Shown one piece after another: positions 9,173 to 17,075 of a stretch of DNA of 24,000 bases (position 1 is its first letter; each line of letters opens with the position of its first letter). The stretch spans positions 95,967-119,966 of the forward strand of contig JBHJGP010000025.1 of assembly GCA_050331695.1 (NCBI GenBank), written 5' to 3'. The notes beneath the pieces are model-generated. The model ran no database searches, was not told the origin of the DNA, and saw nothing but the letters and a program-made list of their open reading frames with translations. This DNA is from Geminicoccaceae bacterium (GTDB lineage Bacteria > Pseudomonadota > Alphaproteobacteria > Geminicoccales > Geminicoccaceae). The translations under genes were made by a program, and so were the position numbers.

Positions 9173-9682
9173 TCAGATGCATTTGAAATAGTCGAAGGGC
9201 TCAAGGCAGGAGAGGCACCGGTAGCTCGCCTTGCACGGGGTCGAGCCGAACTGGCTGATCCGTTCGGTCGCGCAGGAGCCGCAGCGGGGGCAGGCGATCG
9301 GTGGCTTGGTCAGGGAGCCGAAGCCAGTCGCGGCATTACCTTTGACCGGCGGGACGATGCCGTAGGCCAGAAGTTTTTCCCGGCCCTCATCGCTGATCCA
9401 GTCGGTGGTCCAGGCGGGCGAAAGCTGACGCTCGAGAACCAGTTTCCCGATACCTTTGTTGCGCAGATGGTTCTCGATCTCGATATTGATGACCGCCGTC
9501 GCCGGACAGCCTGAATAAGTGGGCGTGATCAATAGCTTCAGCGTGTCGCCGTCCCAACCCACATGGCGGATGACGCCCAGATCAACCAACGATATGCAAG
9601 GGATTTCCGGGTCCGGGATTTCGTGGAGCCACGCCCAGATTTCTGTCAATGCAGGACGGCTCGTGGTTTGGGAGCCGGTCAC
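9173..9682 (-). CDS. paaD: Phenylacetyl-CoA 1,2-epoxidase subunit PaaD (PaaJ in alternative nomenclature)
   Basis: 169 aa. Has IPDPEIPCISLVDLGVIR (DUF59-like) plus a C-terminal Cys cluster CPRCGS...CLSC typical of PaaD. 4-nt overlap with paaC. Confidence 0.85.
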   Translation of the reverse strand: MTGSQTTSRPALTEIWAWLHEIPDPEIPCISLVDLGVIRHVGWDGDTLKLLITPTYSGCPATAVINIEIENHLRNKGIGKLVLERQLSPAWTTDWISDEGREKLLAYGIVPPVKGNAATGFGSLTKPPIACPRCGSCATERISQFGSTPCKASYRCLSCLEPFDYFKCI

Positions 9683-10446
9683 CAGACGGCTCCCGGATGG
9701 TTGCGCTGCAGCACCTGCATCTCGGCGAGCAGATAACCCAGATGCTCGGTGTGAACGCCCTGGCGGCCGCCTTTCTGAATATGACCGTCTTCCGGGTGTT
9801 CCAGCATGCCGGCGGTAAAGGCTCGGGCCACATGCTCATCCCACCGGTCCCGGAGAGATGATGGTTTTGGCGCCGTACCCCGGTCGGCCAAAGCTTGATC
9901 GATCTCATCATCCAGGAACATCTCGCCCGTGTAGGGCCAGAGCAGGTCGACCGCGGTCTGGAGCCGGCGGTTGCTCTCGTCGGTGCCGTCTCCCAGACGG
10001 ACCACGCGGTCGCCGCTCCGCTCCAAATGATACGCCGCTTCCTTACGCGCCTTTTCAGCGATTTCGGCGACCCGGCTTTCGCTGGAGCGCTCCAGTTCCC
10101 CCAGCAGACCAAAATGCCAGGCGTCGAACAGAAATTGCCGCATCAATGTTTGGCCGAAATCGCCGTTCGGCTGCTCGACCAGGAGCAGATTGTGGAACTC
10201 ACGGGAATCCCGCAGATAGGCCAGATCGTCGGCGGTTCGCCCGACCCCTTCCACCTCGCCGGCGAGGGCGAGCCAGAGTTGGGTCTGGCCGATCAGATCG
10301 AGGGCCGTGTTGGCGAGCGCGATGTCCTCTTCCAACACAGGCCCGCGGCCGCACCATTCCGAGACGCGGTGGCCGAGAACAAGGGTGGTATCGCCCATAC
10401 GGGTAAGAAATTGGAACAGCGCCGGGGCGTCTGATCCCGCCATCAC
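9679..10446 (-). CDS. paaC: Phenylacetyl-CoA 1,2-epoxidase structural subunit PaaC
   Basis: 255 aa ferritin-like helical protein (LGDTTLVLGHRVSEWCG.GP.LEEDIALAN.ALDLIGQ). Located between paaB and paaD with 4-nt overlaps on both sides. Confidence 0.85.
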   Translation of the reverse strand: MMAGSDAPALFQFLTRMGDTTLVLGHRVSEWCGRGPVLEEDIALANTALDLIGQTQLWLALAGEVEGVGRTADDLAYLRDSREFHNLLLVEQPNGDFGQTLMRQFLFDAWHFGLLGELERSSESRVAEIAEKARKEAAYHLERSGDRVVRLGDGTDESNRRLQTAVDLLWPYTGEMFLDDEIDQALADRGTAPKPSSLRDRWDEHVARAFTAGMLEHPEDGHIQKGGRQGVHTEHLGYLLAEMQVLQRNHPGAVW

Positions 10447-10727
10447 ATGTGGCCCACCTCGTCGGGCACATCGAAAAAGGTGGGATGACGGTAGACCTTG
10501 CTGTCAGCGGGATCGAACATCGGTCCCTTTTCCGCCGGCGAACTCGCCGTGATCTCGCTCGATCTCACGACCCAGATGCTGACGCCTTCCTTTCGTCGGG
10601 TGTAGACGTCGCGGGCGTTCCTGATCGCCATCTCCGCGTCCGGCGCATGTAGGCTGCCGACGTGCCGGTGGTTCAAGCCCTGCTGACCGCGAACGAAAAT
10701 CTCCCAAAGGGGCCACTCAGTAGACAT
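10443..10727 (-). CDS. paaB: Phenylacetyl-CoA 1,2-epoxidase subunit PaaB
   Basis: 94 aa with the WPLWEIFVR...HVGSLHAPD signature of PaaB. Starts 15 nt after the paaA stop. Confidence 0.9.
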   Translation of the reverse strand: MSTEWPLWEIFVRGQQGLNHRHVGSLHAPDAEMAIRNARDVYTRRKEGVSIWVVRSSEITASSPAEKGPMFDPADSKVYRHPTFFDVPDEVGHM

Positions 10728-10742
10728 CGCACGCCACGCCGG

Positions 10743-11735
10743 TCATTCGGCCGCGACCGGGGTAGCCGCGTGCTTCTCGGCGTGGGCGCTCAGACCCTCG
10801 CGAACCCAGGCGCCATCCTCCCACGCCTGGCGCCGGGCCGTGAGGCGCTCGCGGTTGCAGGGCCCGTTACCCTTGATCACCTCGAAGAATTCTTTCCAGT
10901 CGGGCTCGCCGAAATCGTACGCGTTTCGCGCTTCGTTCCATTTGAGCTCAGGGTCCGGGATGGAAAGGCCCAGATAATCGGCTTGGGGAACGGTCTGGTC
11001 GACGAATTTTTGTCTGAGCTCGTCATTGGAATTGAGCTTGATTTTCCAGGCCATCGACTGGGCGGAATGAATGGAATCGCCGTCCGCCGGTCCGAACATC
11101 ATCAGTGACGGCCACCACCAGCGGTTCAACGCGTCCTGGGCCATCGCTTTCTGCGCGGCCGTGCCCTTGCAAAGCTTGACCATGATGTCGAAGCCCTGGC
11201 GTTGGTGAAAGCTCTCCTCCTTGCAGATCCGGATCATCGCCCGGCTGTAGGGACCATAGGAACAGCGCTGTAGCGGCACCTGATTCATAATCGCCGCGCC
11301 GTCGACCAGCCAGCCTATGGCGCCGATATCGGCCCAGGTCAGGGTCGGATAGTTGAAGATCGACGAGTACTTGGCCTTGCCACTGTGGAGCTGCTCATAC
11401 ATCTCGTCGCGGCTGATGCCGAGGGTCTCGGCGGCGCAGTAGAGGTAGAGCCCGTGGCCGGCTTCGTCCTGAACCTTGGCGAGGAGGATCGCTTTGCGCT
11501 CCAGGTTCGGCGCCCGAGTGATCCAATTGCCTTCGGGCAACTGGCCGACAATTTCCGAGTGGGCGTGCTGGCTGATCTGGCGGATCAAGGTTTTGCGGTA
11601 GCCCTCGGGCATCCATTCCTTGGGCTCGATCTTTTCGCCTCGATCGATACGCTCCTGGAATGCGCGCTCCTCAGGCGTCATCTCGTCGAGTTTCTTGACG
11701 CCCCTACCGTCCGTCTTGACCATTTGCGCGTACAT
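10743..11735 (-). CDS. paaA: Phenylacetyl-CoA 1,2-epoxidase catalytic (di-iron) subunit PaaA
   Basis: [11 protein letters not shown] and DEAGHG di-iron ligand regions, giving 330 aa from ATG 11735. That ATG is preceded by GGGAG (11741-11745). The longer track ORF (to 11819) would overlap the thiolase by 58 nt and adds an Arg/His-rich non-homologous extension. Confidence 0.9.
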   Translation of the reverse strand: MYAQMVKTDGRGVKKLDEMTPEERAFQERIDRGEKIEPKEWMPEGYRKTLIRQISQHAHSEIVGQLPEGNWITRAPNLERKAILLAKVQDEAGHGLYLYCAAETLGISRDEMYEQLHSGKAKYSSIFNYPTLTWADIGAIGWLVDGAAIMNQVPLQRCSYGPYSRAMIRICKEESFHQRQGFDIMVKLCKGTAAQKAMAQDALNRWWWPSLMMFGPADGDSIHSAQSMAWKIKLNSNDELRQKFVDQTVPQADYLGLSIPDPELKWNEARNAYDFGEPDWKEFFEVIKGNGPCNRERLTARRQAWEDGAWVREGLSAHAEKHAATPVAAE

Positions 11736-11761
11736 CACAGGCTCCCGATCGTCGCCAGTAT

Positions 11762-12967
11762 TCAGATCCGCTCGACAATGATGGCGATGCCCTGGCCGAC
11801 GCCGATGCACATTATGCAAAGGGCATGGCGACCACCGCTTCGGCGCAGTTGATGGGCCGCCGTCACGACGAGCCTAGCCCCGCTCATGCCGAGCGGATGA
11901 CCGATGGCGATCGCGCCGCCATTGGGATTAACGTAGTCTGCGTCGTCCGGAACGCCAAGATCACGCAAGACGGCGAGCGCCTGGGCGGCGAACGCCTCGT
12001 TAAGCTCGATCACGTCCATCTGCTCGAGACTGAGCCCCGTTTTCGCCAGAACCCTGCGGGCCGCGGGCACCGGGCCGACGCCCATGATCCGGGGCTCGAC
12101 CCCGGCTGTCGCCATCGCCAGGACCCGCGCGAGCGGCGTCAACCCATGGGTCTCCGCAGCCTGCCCGCTCGCCAGCAACAAAGCAGCGGCGCCGTCATTG
12201 ACGCCCGACGCATTACCCGCCGTCACACTTCCATCCCGGCCGTTGATACCGGGCAAGCCCGAAAGCTTATTGAGCGTTGTGCCGGGACGCGGATGCTCGT
12301 CCCGGTCGATCAGCAAGTCTTCGTCTTTGCGCTGCTTAACTGAAACGGGCACGATCTCATCGGCGAACAAACCCGCTTCTTGAGCTGCCGCCCACCGGGC
12401 CTGGCTGCGGGCCGCGAAGGCATCCTGATCGGCGCGGCTCACCTGAAAGGCTTCCGCCACATTGTCGGCCGTCTCGGGCATGGTGTCGGTGCCATAGGCC
12501 GCCTCGAAGGCTGGGTTTATGAACCTCCAGCCGATCGTCGTGTCGTAGACCGCCGTGGACCTGGCGAACGCCATTTCGCTCTTCGGCATGACGAACGGCG
12601 CCCGGGACATGCTCTCGACCCCGCCGGCGATCACCAGATCCAGCTCGCCCGTTTTGATGCCGCGGGCGGCGCTGCCCACGGCGTCCATGCCGGAGCCGCA
12701 AAGCCGATTGATGGTCGAGCCCGGCACCTCGATCGGCAGGCCGGCTAGCAGCGCCGCAAAGCGAGCCACATTGCGATTATCCTCGCCCGCCTGATTGGCG
12801 CATCCGTAGAGAACGTCGTCGAGGCGGGTCCAGTCGACCTCGCCGTTACGTTCGGCCAGTGCTTTGATCGGCACGGCCGCCAGATCGTCGGCCCGCACGC
12901 TCGACAACACGCCGCCATATCGACCGATCGGCGTTCGCACAGCGTCGCAGATAAAGGCTTCACCCAT
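11762..12967 (-). CDS. paaJ: 3-oxoadipyl-CoA / 3-oxo-5,6-dehydrosuberyl-CoA thiolase (PaaJ/PcaF)
   Basis: Thiolase motifs [11 protein letters not shown] (nucleophile Cys), [18 protein letters not shown] and CIGVGQG. Strong resemblance to remembered PcaF (FICDA.RTPIGR.GG...[14 protein letters not shown]). ATG 12967 gives the canonical ~401-aa length. In-frame GTG 12994 and ATG 12991 (GAGG 9-12 nt upstream) are alternative starts. Confidence 0.88.
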   Translation of the reverse strand: MGEAFICDAVRTPIGRYGGVLSSVRADDLAAVPIKALAERNGEVDWTRLDDVLYGCANQAGEDNRNVARFAALLAGLPIEVPGSTINRLCGSGMDAVGSAARGIKTGELDLVIAGGVESMSRAPFVMPKSEMAFARSTAVYDTTIGWRFINPAFEAAYGTDTMPETADNVAEAFQVSRADQDAFAARSQARWAAAQEAGLFADEIVPVSVKQRKDEDLLIDRDEHPRPGTTLNKLSGLPGINGRDGSVTAGNASGVNDGAAALLLASGQAAETHGLTPLARVLAMATAGVEPRIMGVGPVPAARRVLAKTGLSLEQMDVIELNEAFAAQALAVLRDLGVPDDADYVNPNGGAIAIGHPLGMSGARLVVTAAHQLRRSGGRHALCIMCIGVGQGIAIIVERI

Positions 12968-13048
12968 GGCAGCGCGCTTCGAAGACGACATCACTCATCA
13001 TGACCTCAACGGTCGCATTGCAGGAACACAATTATACACGAGTTTCAC

Positions 13049-14593
13049 TCAGGGCGCGGAGACAAGCGAGCGCTCGCCGACCAGGTCGGTGCGTGTTTTT
13101 TCAAAGTTTTCCGGGTCGGAGACGACGCGCGGGACCTTATGCTGGCCGCCCAGCTTTCCCCGGCGGCGCATCCACTCGGCAAACCGTCCGGGCGGTAGGA
13201 GCTCCACTTGCGGACGGTCGAGGCCGGTTCCTCCATGGCGGTGGGCGGCATAGTCATCGTTGAGCCGGCCCAAGGTCTCATCGATGCTCGAACTGAGCGC
13301 ATCGACGATCCCGGCGTCGGCCGGCCTCGCCGTTTCGATCAGATAAACGTGGCGGCCAAGCTCGCCCTGCTCATCGGGCAGATGCCCTCCGACCATGAAA
13401 TCTGTGATCTCGAGACCGGCTTCGGTGGCGGCCGCGGCGACGGCCTGCTCGAGTTCCGTTTCGATCACATGCTCGCCGAACATCGAGAGCGTGAAGGTGA
13501 CGCGGCCCGTGACCAACAGCCGGGGCGGTTTGACGGAGACGAACGATACCGTGTCGCCGAGCACGTAGCTCCAAAGACCGGCCGCCGTGGTGACGACGAT
13601 CGCGTAGTTGATCCCGGGCTCGATATTGCCCAGCCAGTGGCGGGTCGGCGCATCGGTGCCCAGCTCTTCGACCGGCACGAACTCGAAGAAGATCCGGTCG
13701 TCGAAGCAGAGGAGGAGCCCATCCTCAGGCGTGGCATCGGCGAACGCGATGAACCCCTCGCTGGCGGGATAGACCTCGCGAGTGCTAGCCCCCGTCTTCT
13801 CGAGGAACGGGCGAAATCGGCCCTCGTAGGGTGCCCAGTTGACGCCGCCATGGACCAAGAGCTCGAGGTTGCGCAGAGGCGACACGTCGTAGCGCTGCTC
13901 GAGCCGGTCGATCAGGATCAAGAGCCAGCTCGGAATGCCGCCCAGGACCGTGATGTTTTGACCGGCCATGGCGTCTACCAGGCGGTTCAGTTTCTCGTCC
14001 CAGTCATCGAGCAATGCGATATCGAGGGGCGGAAAGGCGAGGGGGCGCAGAATGGAGGGAGCCTGAGCGGTGATGACGCCCGAAAGATCGCCGCTTTTCA
14101 CCCCAGGTGCTTGCTCCACCAGGGAGGTCGAGCCGCCGAGCATGAAGATCTTGCCGCTGAGAGACCGGCTCTCGGGATGCGCCGTCACATGAGCCCCTAG
14201 CACATGATAGCCCGTGCGGCGCTGGTGGCGAAGCATCGCCCTGGTCACCGGAATGTATTTACTGCGGCCCGTGGTCGTGCCTGAACTCACCGCAAAATAA
14301 GGGATGCGTCCGGGCCAGGTGGCATCGATGATGATCGGAAACGAATTCTTCCAGTAGGTCTCCCAGAAATCGTTGTAGTCGCGAAGTGGAACGCTTTTTT
14401 GATAGGCCTCAACCGAGTCAATCCGGTCAAATCGATGCTGGCGGCCGAAACGGGTGCTCGCTGCCCGCTTGACCAAAGACAACAGGTGCCGCCGCTGAAA
14501 CAAGGATGCTTCGGCTCGGCGCAGGCCTTTGATCCGCCGGTCCGCCCATAACCGGAAGGGGGGCGTGAGATCGATCAACTGTCCGGGCGCCAT
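13049..14593 (-). CDS. Bacterial GH3-family protein (GH3 auxin-responsive-promoter domain; acyl-adenylate-forming amido-synthetase-like enzyme)
   Basis: 514 aa with no signal peptide. All three GH3/ANL nucleotide motifs are present: SSGTTTGRSKYIP (14258-14287 encodes SSGTTTGRSK), YPASEG and YVLGD. The bacterial GH3 C-terminal signature GKLGGQHKVPRV is also present. The start overlaps the 3' end of the upstream acylase gene by 19 nt. Confidence 0.85.
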   Translation of the reverse strand: MAPGQLIDLTPPFRLWADRRIKGLRRAEASLFQRRHLLSLVKRAASTRFGRQHRFDRIDSVEAYQKSVPLRDYNDFWETYWKNSFPIIIDATWPGRIPYFAVSSGTTTGRSKYIPVTRAMLRHQRRTGYHVLGAHVTAHPESRSLSGKIFMLGGSTSLVEQAPGVKSGDLSGVITAQAPSILRPLAFPPLDIALLDDWDEKLNRLVDAMAGQNITVLGGIPSWLLILIDRLEQRYDVSPLRNLELLVHGGVNWAPYEGRFRPFLEKTGASTREVYPASEGFIAFADATPEDGLLLCFDDRIFFEFVPVEELGTDAPTRHWLGNIEPGINYAIVVTTAAGLWSYVLGDTVSFVSVKPPRLLVTGRVTFTLSMFGEHVIETELEQAVAAAATEAGLEITDFMVGGHLPDEQGELGRHVYLIETARPADAGIVDALSSSIDETLGRLNDDYAAHRHGGTGLDRPQVELLPPGRFAEWMRRRGKLGGQHKVPRVVSDPENFEKTRTDLVGERSLVSAP

Positions 14594-16848
14594 TCCTGCT
14601 TGTGGGGAAACGAACGGGCAATGGTTTCAGGCTGCAACGGCAAGTGCACATATGCGCCGTCGCGCCAGAGTTCGACCTGGTCACTGAACGTCGTGCTGCC
14701 AAGCCAACCGTCCTGGCCGCCGAACAAAACAAACCAGTTGGCATCATCTTCGGCCATGTCTGAGATGTGCCGCGCCTGGGCGCCGAAGCTGGCGTTGTGG
14801 CGTTCCCGGACGAGATTGTGCGAGCGTTTCATCAGGGTCTCTCGCGAACCTGCGGTGGGCAGATCGTTAAGCTGGAAGAAGCGTCCCACCACCGGAACAT
14901 TGCCCAAGATGTGTTGGACTTTCACCCGGTGCATCTCGCCCCAGTTGGCATGGTTCGCGGCGTCGCTTGCGGCCTCATCGACCGCCTCCTGAAGAAGTTG
15001 TTTGCGCTCCTCGTCGGCGATGCCGCTTAGGTCATCCACCAGATGAAGGATCAAGCTGCCCCATGCACCATCCACCCTCGACACCACCTTCTCCGGCCCA
15101 CGCCCGTATAGATTACGGGTGATATGGTAGAGGACAGTTTCGAAGACCACAGCGCCCTGGGAATCTTCACCATAACCTCCATCCCACTCGGCAAGTTGAC
15201 CGACGCTGGGGTGATTGATCCCGGCGCTCTCGAGACATTCCACGAGTTTGTTAGCCAAGCCCCGCGCTGATGCCGAGCTGACGTCTGTTTGAATGGATTG
15301 CAGAGCGGCCACGTCGATTTTGCCGTTGTCTCTGACCAGCGTGGCCATGCGATCGATCCGGTCACTCGGGCTGAAGAAATAACCGGCCGGGCGATTGATA
15401 TAGTCGGGCCGGTCGTTCGCTGACGCAATGAAGCCGCTTTCCGGATCGACCAGCCAAGCCATGTCCAAAGCGGTATCGACACCGTTCCACAGCGCACCGT
15501 TAGCCGGCGGTTCGACCACCAGATCACTGTCGAGGCTGTGCGAGCGTTTGGGCAGCCACGCCGCCATCAGCTTGGCGATACGCCCATCACGGTCGACGAC
15601 GAGCATGTTTTGCGCTGACACGCCATAGGATCGGAAGGCCTCGCGAAACGCTTCGACATTTTCCGCTCGCATCGCCCGCAAAAAGGCGGTGATCTCATCG
15701 CTGGTCCCATGACCAACCCATTTCAGCGCCAAGGTTTCTCCGGGACGGGCCTGGACGAAGCGGCTGTCGGAGATCACCGGACCGAAAGGCGACAGGCGGA
15801 CGTCGACCCGGGCGTCGCGCCAAAGCCGGGTCTTGATTTTCTCTTCTCGGACCTCGATCTCGCTGGTCGGTAGGGCGTCGACATCCACCAGATCGCTGCT
15901 GCTGGCGCGGGCATTGGTGCCGCCCCAGGCGATGGTCTGGCTGCGGCCGAGGGCGATGAAGGGAAGGCCCGGAATCATCATACCTACCGCATGGTAGGAG
16001 GGCGACTTCACGCCTGCGAGGAGCCAGAGATTGGGCAGGTTCAGGCCCAGATGCGGATCGTTGGCGATCAGCGGCGCGCCTTTCTTCGAACGGCTCGGGC
16101 CGATGACGAGCGAATTGCTGCCCGATCGGCTGAGACCGCCGAGCAGGTTCTCGAGCACCGCTTGTTCGGTGGGCTGGTCGTCGCTCTCCGGGTCCGGCAG
16201 GTCGTCGATCGGCGGTATCCCGTGGCCGGCCACCCGCAGCCTTTGCCAGGTCTGGGGCCAGTCCGGGGCAAGCCTCGCTTCCAGCGCGCCAAATGCGGCG
16301 AGCCATGTCACATCCGTGCCGGCGAGGCGACCGACCGTCACCAGATCCTCCGGCGTCCAGACCTCGTCCCGGAGACCGAGAAGACCGAACTCCGGCGGTT
16401 TGGCCGTCTGCGCCTGGTGCCAGTTCAAGCCAGCGACAAAGGCATCGACGAACAGACGGGTATCATCCGGCCAGGCGGCAACGACGTCGGCCGAACTCCG
16501 ACCGAACCCCAACATCCGGAGACTTCGGTCGATATCATGGGCGAATGGGCCGGCGATCTCGCTCAGACGGCCCTGGCTGATCTGTTTCAAAAGACGCATT
16601 TGGCCGGCGCGCAGATGGTGATGAACCACGCCGAGCGCAAACGCCAGATCCCGGTCGGTCTGGGCGTGGATGAACGGCACGTGATGCTCGTTCCAATGGA
16701 CCTGAACCGGTTTCTCGAGCGGCATTTGCGTTTGGGGCAACGCGTCGAGGCGCATTTCGATCGATCGTTTGGCTGGCCAAAGGGCAGCACAGGCTGACAA
16801 CAACATAACCCCTACCAAGCAACTGACGGTACGCAGGAACGGAAACAT
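14575..16848 (-). CDS. Penicillin acylase (penicillin amidase/AHL-acylase) family Ntn-hydrolase, predicted lipoprotein
   Basis: 757 aa from ATG 16848. The N-terminus MFPFLRTVSCLVGVMLLSAC carries a lipobox L-S-A-C (Cys codon 16789-16791). An acidic spacer is followed by G|SNSLVIGP...ANDPHL, the autoprocessing site with the N-terminal nucleophile Ser of the beta chain (Ser codon 16117-16119). The track ORF start at 16947 is a GTG that adds 33 non-signal-like residues. Confidence 0.85.
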   Translation of the reverse strand: MFPFLRTVSCLVGVMLLSACAALWPAKRSIEMRLDALPQTQMPLEKPVQVHWNEHHVPFIHAQTDRDLAFALGVVHHHLRAGQMRLLKQISQGRLSEIAGPFAHDIDRSLRMLGFGRSSADVVAAWPDDTRLFVDAFVAGLNWHQAQTAKPPEFGLLGLRDEVWTPEDLVTVGRLAGTDVTWLAAFGALEARLAPDWPQTWQRLRVAGHGIPPIDDLPDPESDDQPTEQAVLENLLGGLSRSGSNSLVIGPSRSKKGAPLIANDPHLGLNLPNLWLLAGVKSPSYHAVGMMIPGLPFIALGRSQTIAWGGTNARASSSDLVDVDALPTSEIEVREEKIKTRLWRDARVDVRLSPFGPVISDSRFVQARPGETLALKWVGHGTSDEITAFLRAMRAENVEAFREAFRSYGVSAQNMLVVDRDGRIAKLMAAWLPKRSHSLDSDLVVEPPANGALWNGVDTALDMAWLVDPESGFIASANDRPDYINRPAGYFFSPSDRIDRMATLVRDNGKIDVAALQSIQTDVSSASARGLANKLVECLESAGINHPSVGQLAEWDGGYGEDSQGAVVFETVLYHITRNLYGRGPEKVVSRVDGAWGSLILHLVDDLSGIADEERKQLLQEAVDEAASDAANHANWGEMHRVKVQHILGNVPVVGRFFQLNDLPTAGSRETLMKRSHNLVRERHNASFGAQARHISDMAEDDANWFVLFGGQDGWLGSTTFSDQVELWRDGAYVHLPLQPETIARSFPHKQEWRPDS

Positions 16849-16866
16849 AGCTTTACGGCACCGTTT
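16846..16866. repeat. Copy 1 of repeated motif CATAGC-N3-ACGGCACCGTTT (core ACGG-NN-CCGT is palindromic); overlaps the acylase start codon
   Basis: Read directly. CATAGC at 16846-16851 (CAT is the reverse complement of the acylase ATG). ACGGCACCGTTT at 16855-16866. Confidence 0.5.
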
Positions 16867-16964
16867 GAGTATCGATCGCGCAGGTGACCTCGCCTCAAAC
16901 CCCCGGGAAGAAAAGAGGGTCCCGCTGACGCAACAGCCGTTTCCCACCCAATTCGCCGCAAAGT

Positions 16965-16983
16965 CATAGCGACGGTGCCGTTT
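16965..16983. repeat. Copy 2 of repeated motif CATAGC-N1-ACGGTGCCGTTT
   Basis: Read directly. CATAGC at 16965-16970 and ACGGTGCCGTTT at 16972-16983. The 10-bp core is the exact reverse complement of the copy-1 core, with identical flanks. Confidence 0.5.
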
Positions 16984-16989
16984 CGCGGG

Positions 16990-17018
16990 CTTTCACAAAG
17001 TCGTCATCGATCGGTCAT
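16990..17018 (+). promoter_or_regulatory. Candidate Pho box (PhoB binding site) upstream of phnC
   Basis: Three 7-mers in 11-bp register: CTTTCAC (16990), TCGTCAT (17001) and CGGTCAT (17012). They match the CTGTCAT Pho-box half-site at 5/7, 5/7 and 6/7, and the last one ends 57 nt before the phnC ATG (58 nt end to start). Confidence 0.45.
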
Positions 17019-17075
17019 CGAACCGCCTCCGACAACTTCTACGAGCATTCGCCAGAGCCGCAACACGGTGATTGC

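Noticed and set aside
11736-11819. N-terminal extension of the paaA ORF ([28 protein letters not shown]...) that overlaps the thiolase gene.
   Set aside because: It has no homology to PaaA N-termini and is basic and low in complexity. The internal ATG 11735 has a GGGAG SD and yields the canonical PaaA length without overlapping paaJ.
16849-16947. Upstream GTG start (16947) for the acylase, adding 33 residues ([17 protein letters not shown]...).
   Set aside because: The extension would bury the signal peptide and lipobox internally. ATG 16848 places a textbook n-region/h-region/lipobox at the N-terminus. Neither start has a clear SD, so some doubt remains.
16812-16967. 51-codon upstream ORF on the minus strand starting at the ATG inside motif copy 2 and overlapping the acylase start out of frame (possible leader peptide).
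   Set aside because: It has no SD, no recognisable peptide features and a composition typical of random GC-rich frames. The shared GCTATG is better explained as part of the repeated DNA motif.
17069-17074. TGATTG resembling a half-site of the E. coli PaaX operator (TGATTC...GAATCA).
   Set aside because: It is a single imperfect half-site with no partner at the expected spacing. It sits directly in front of the phnC start rather than a paa promoter, and no paaX gene is present.
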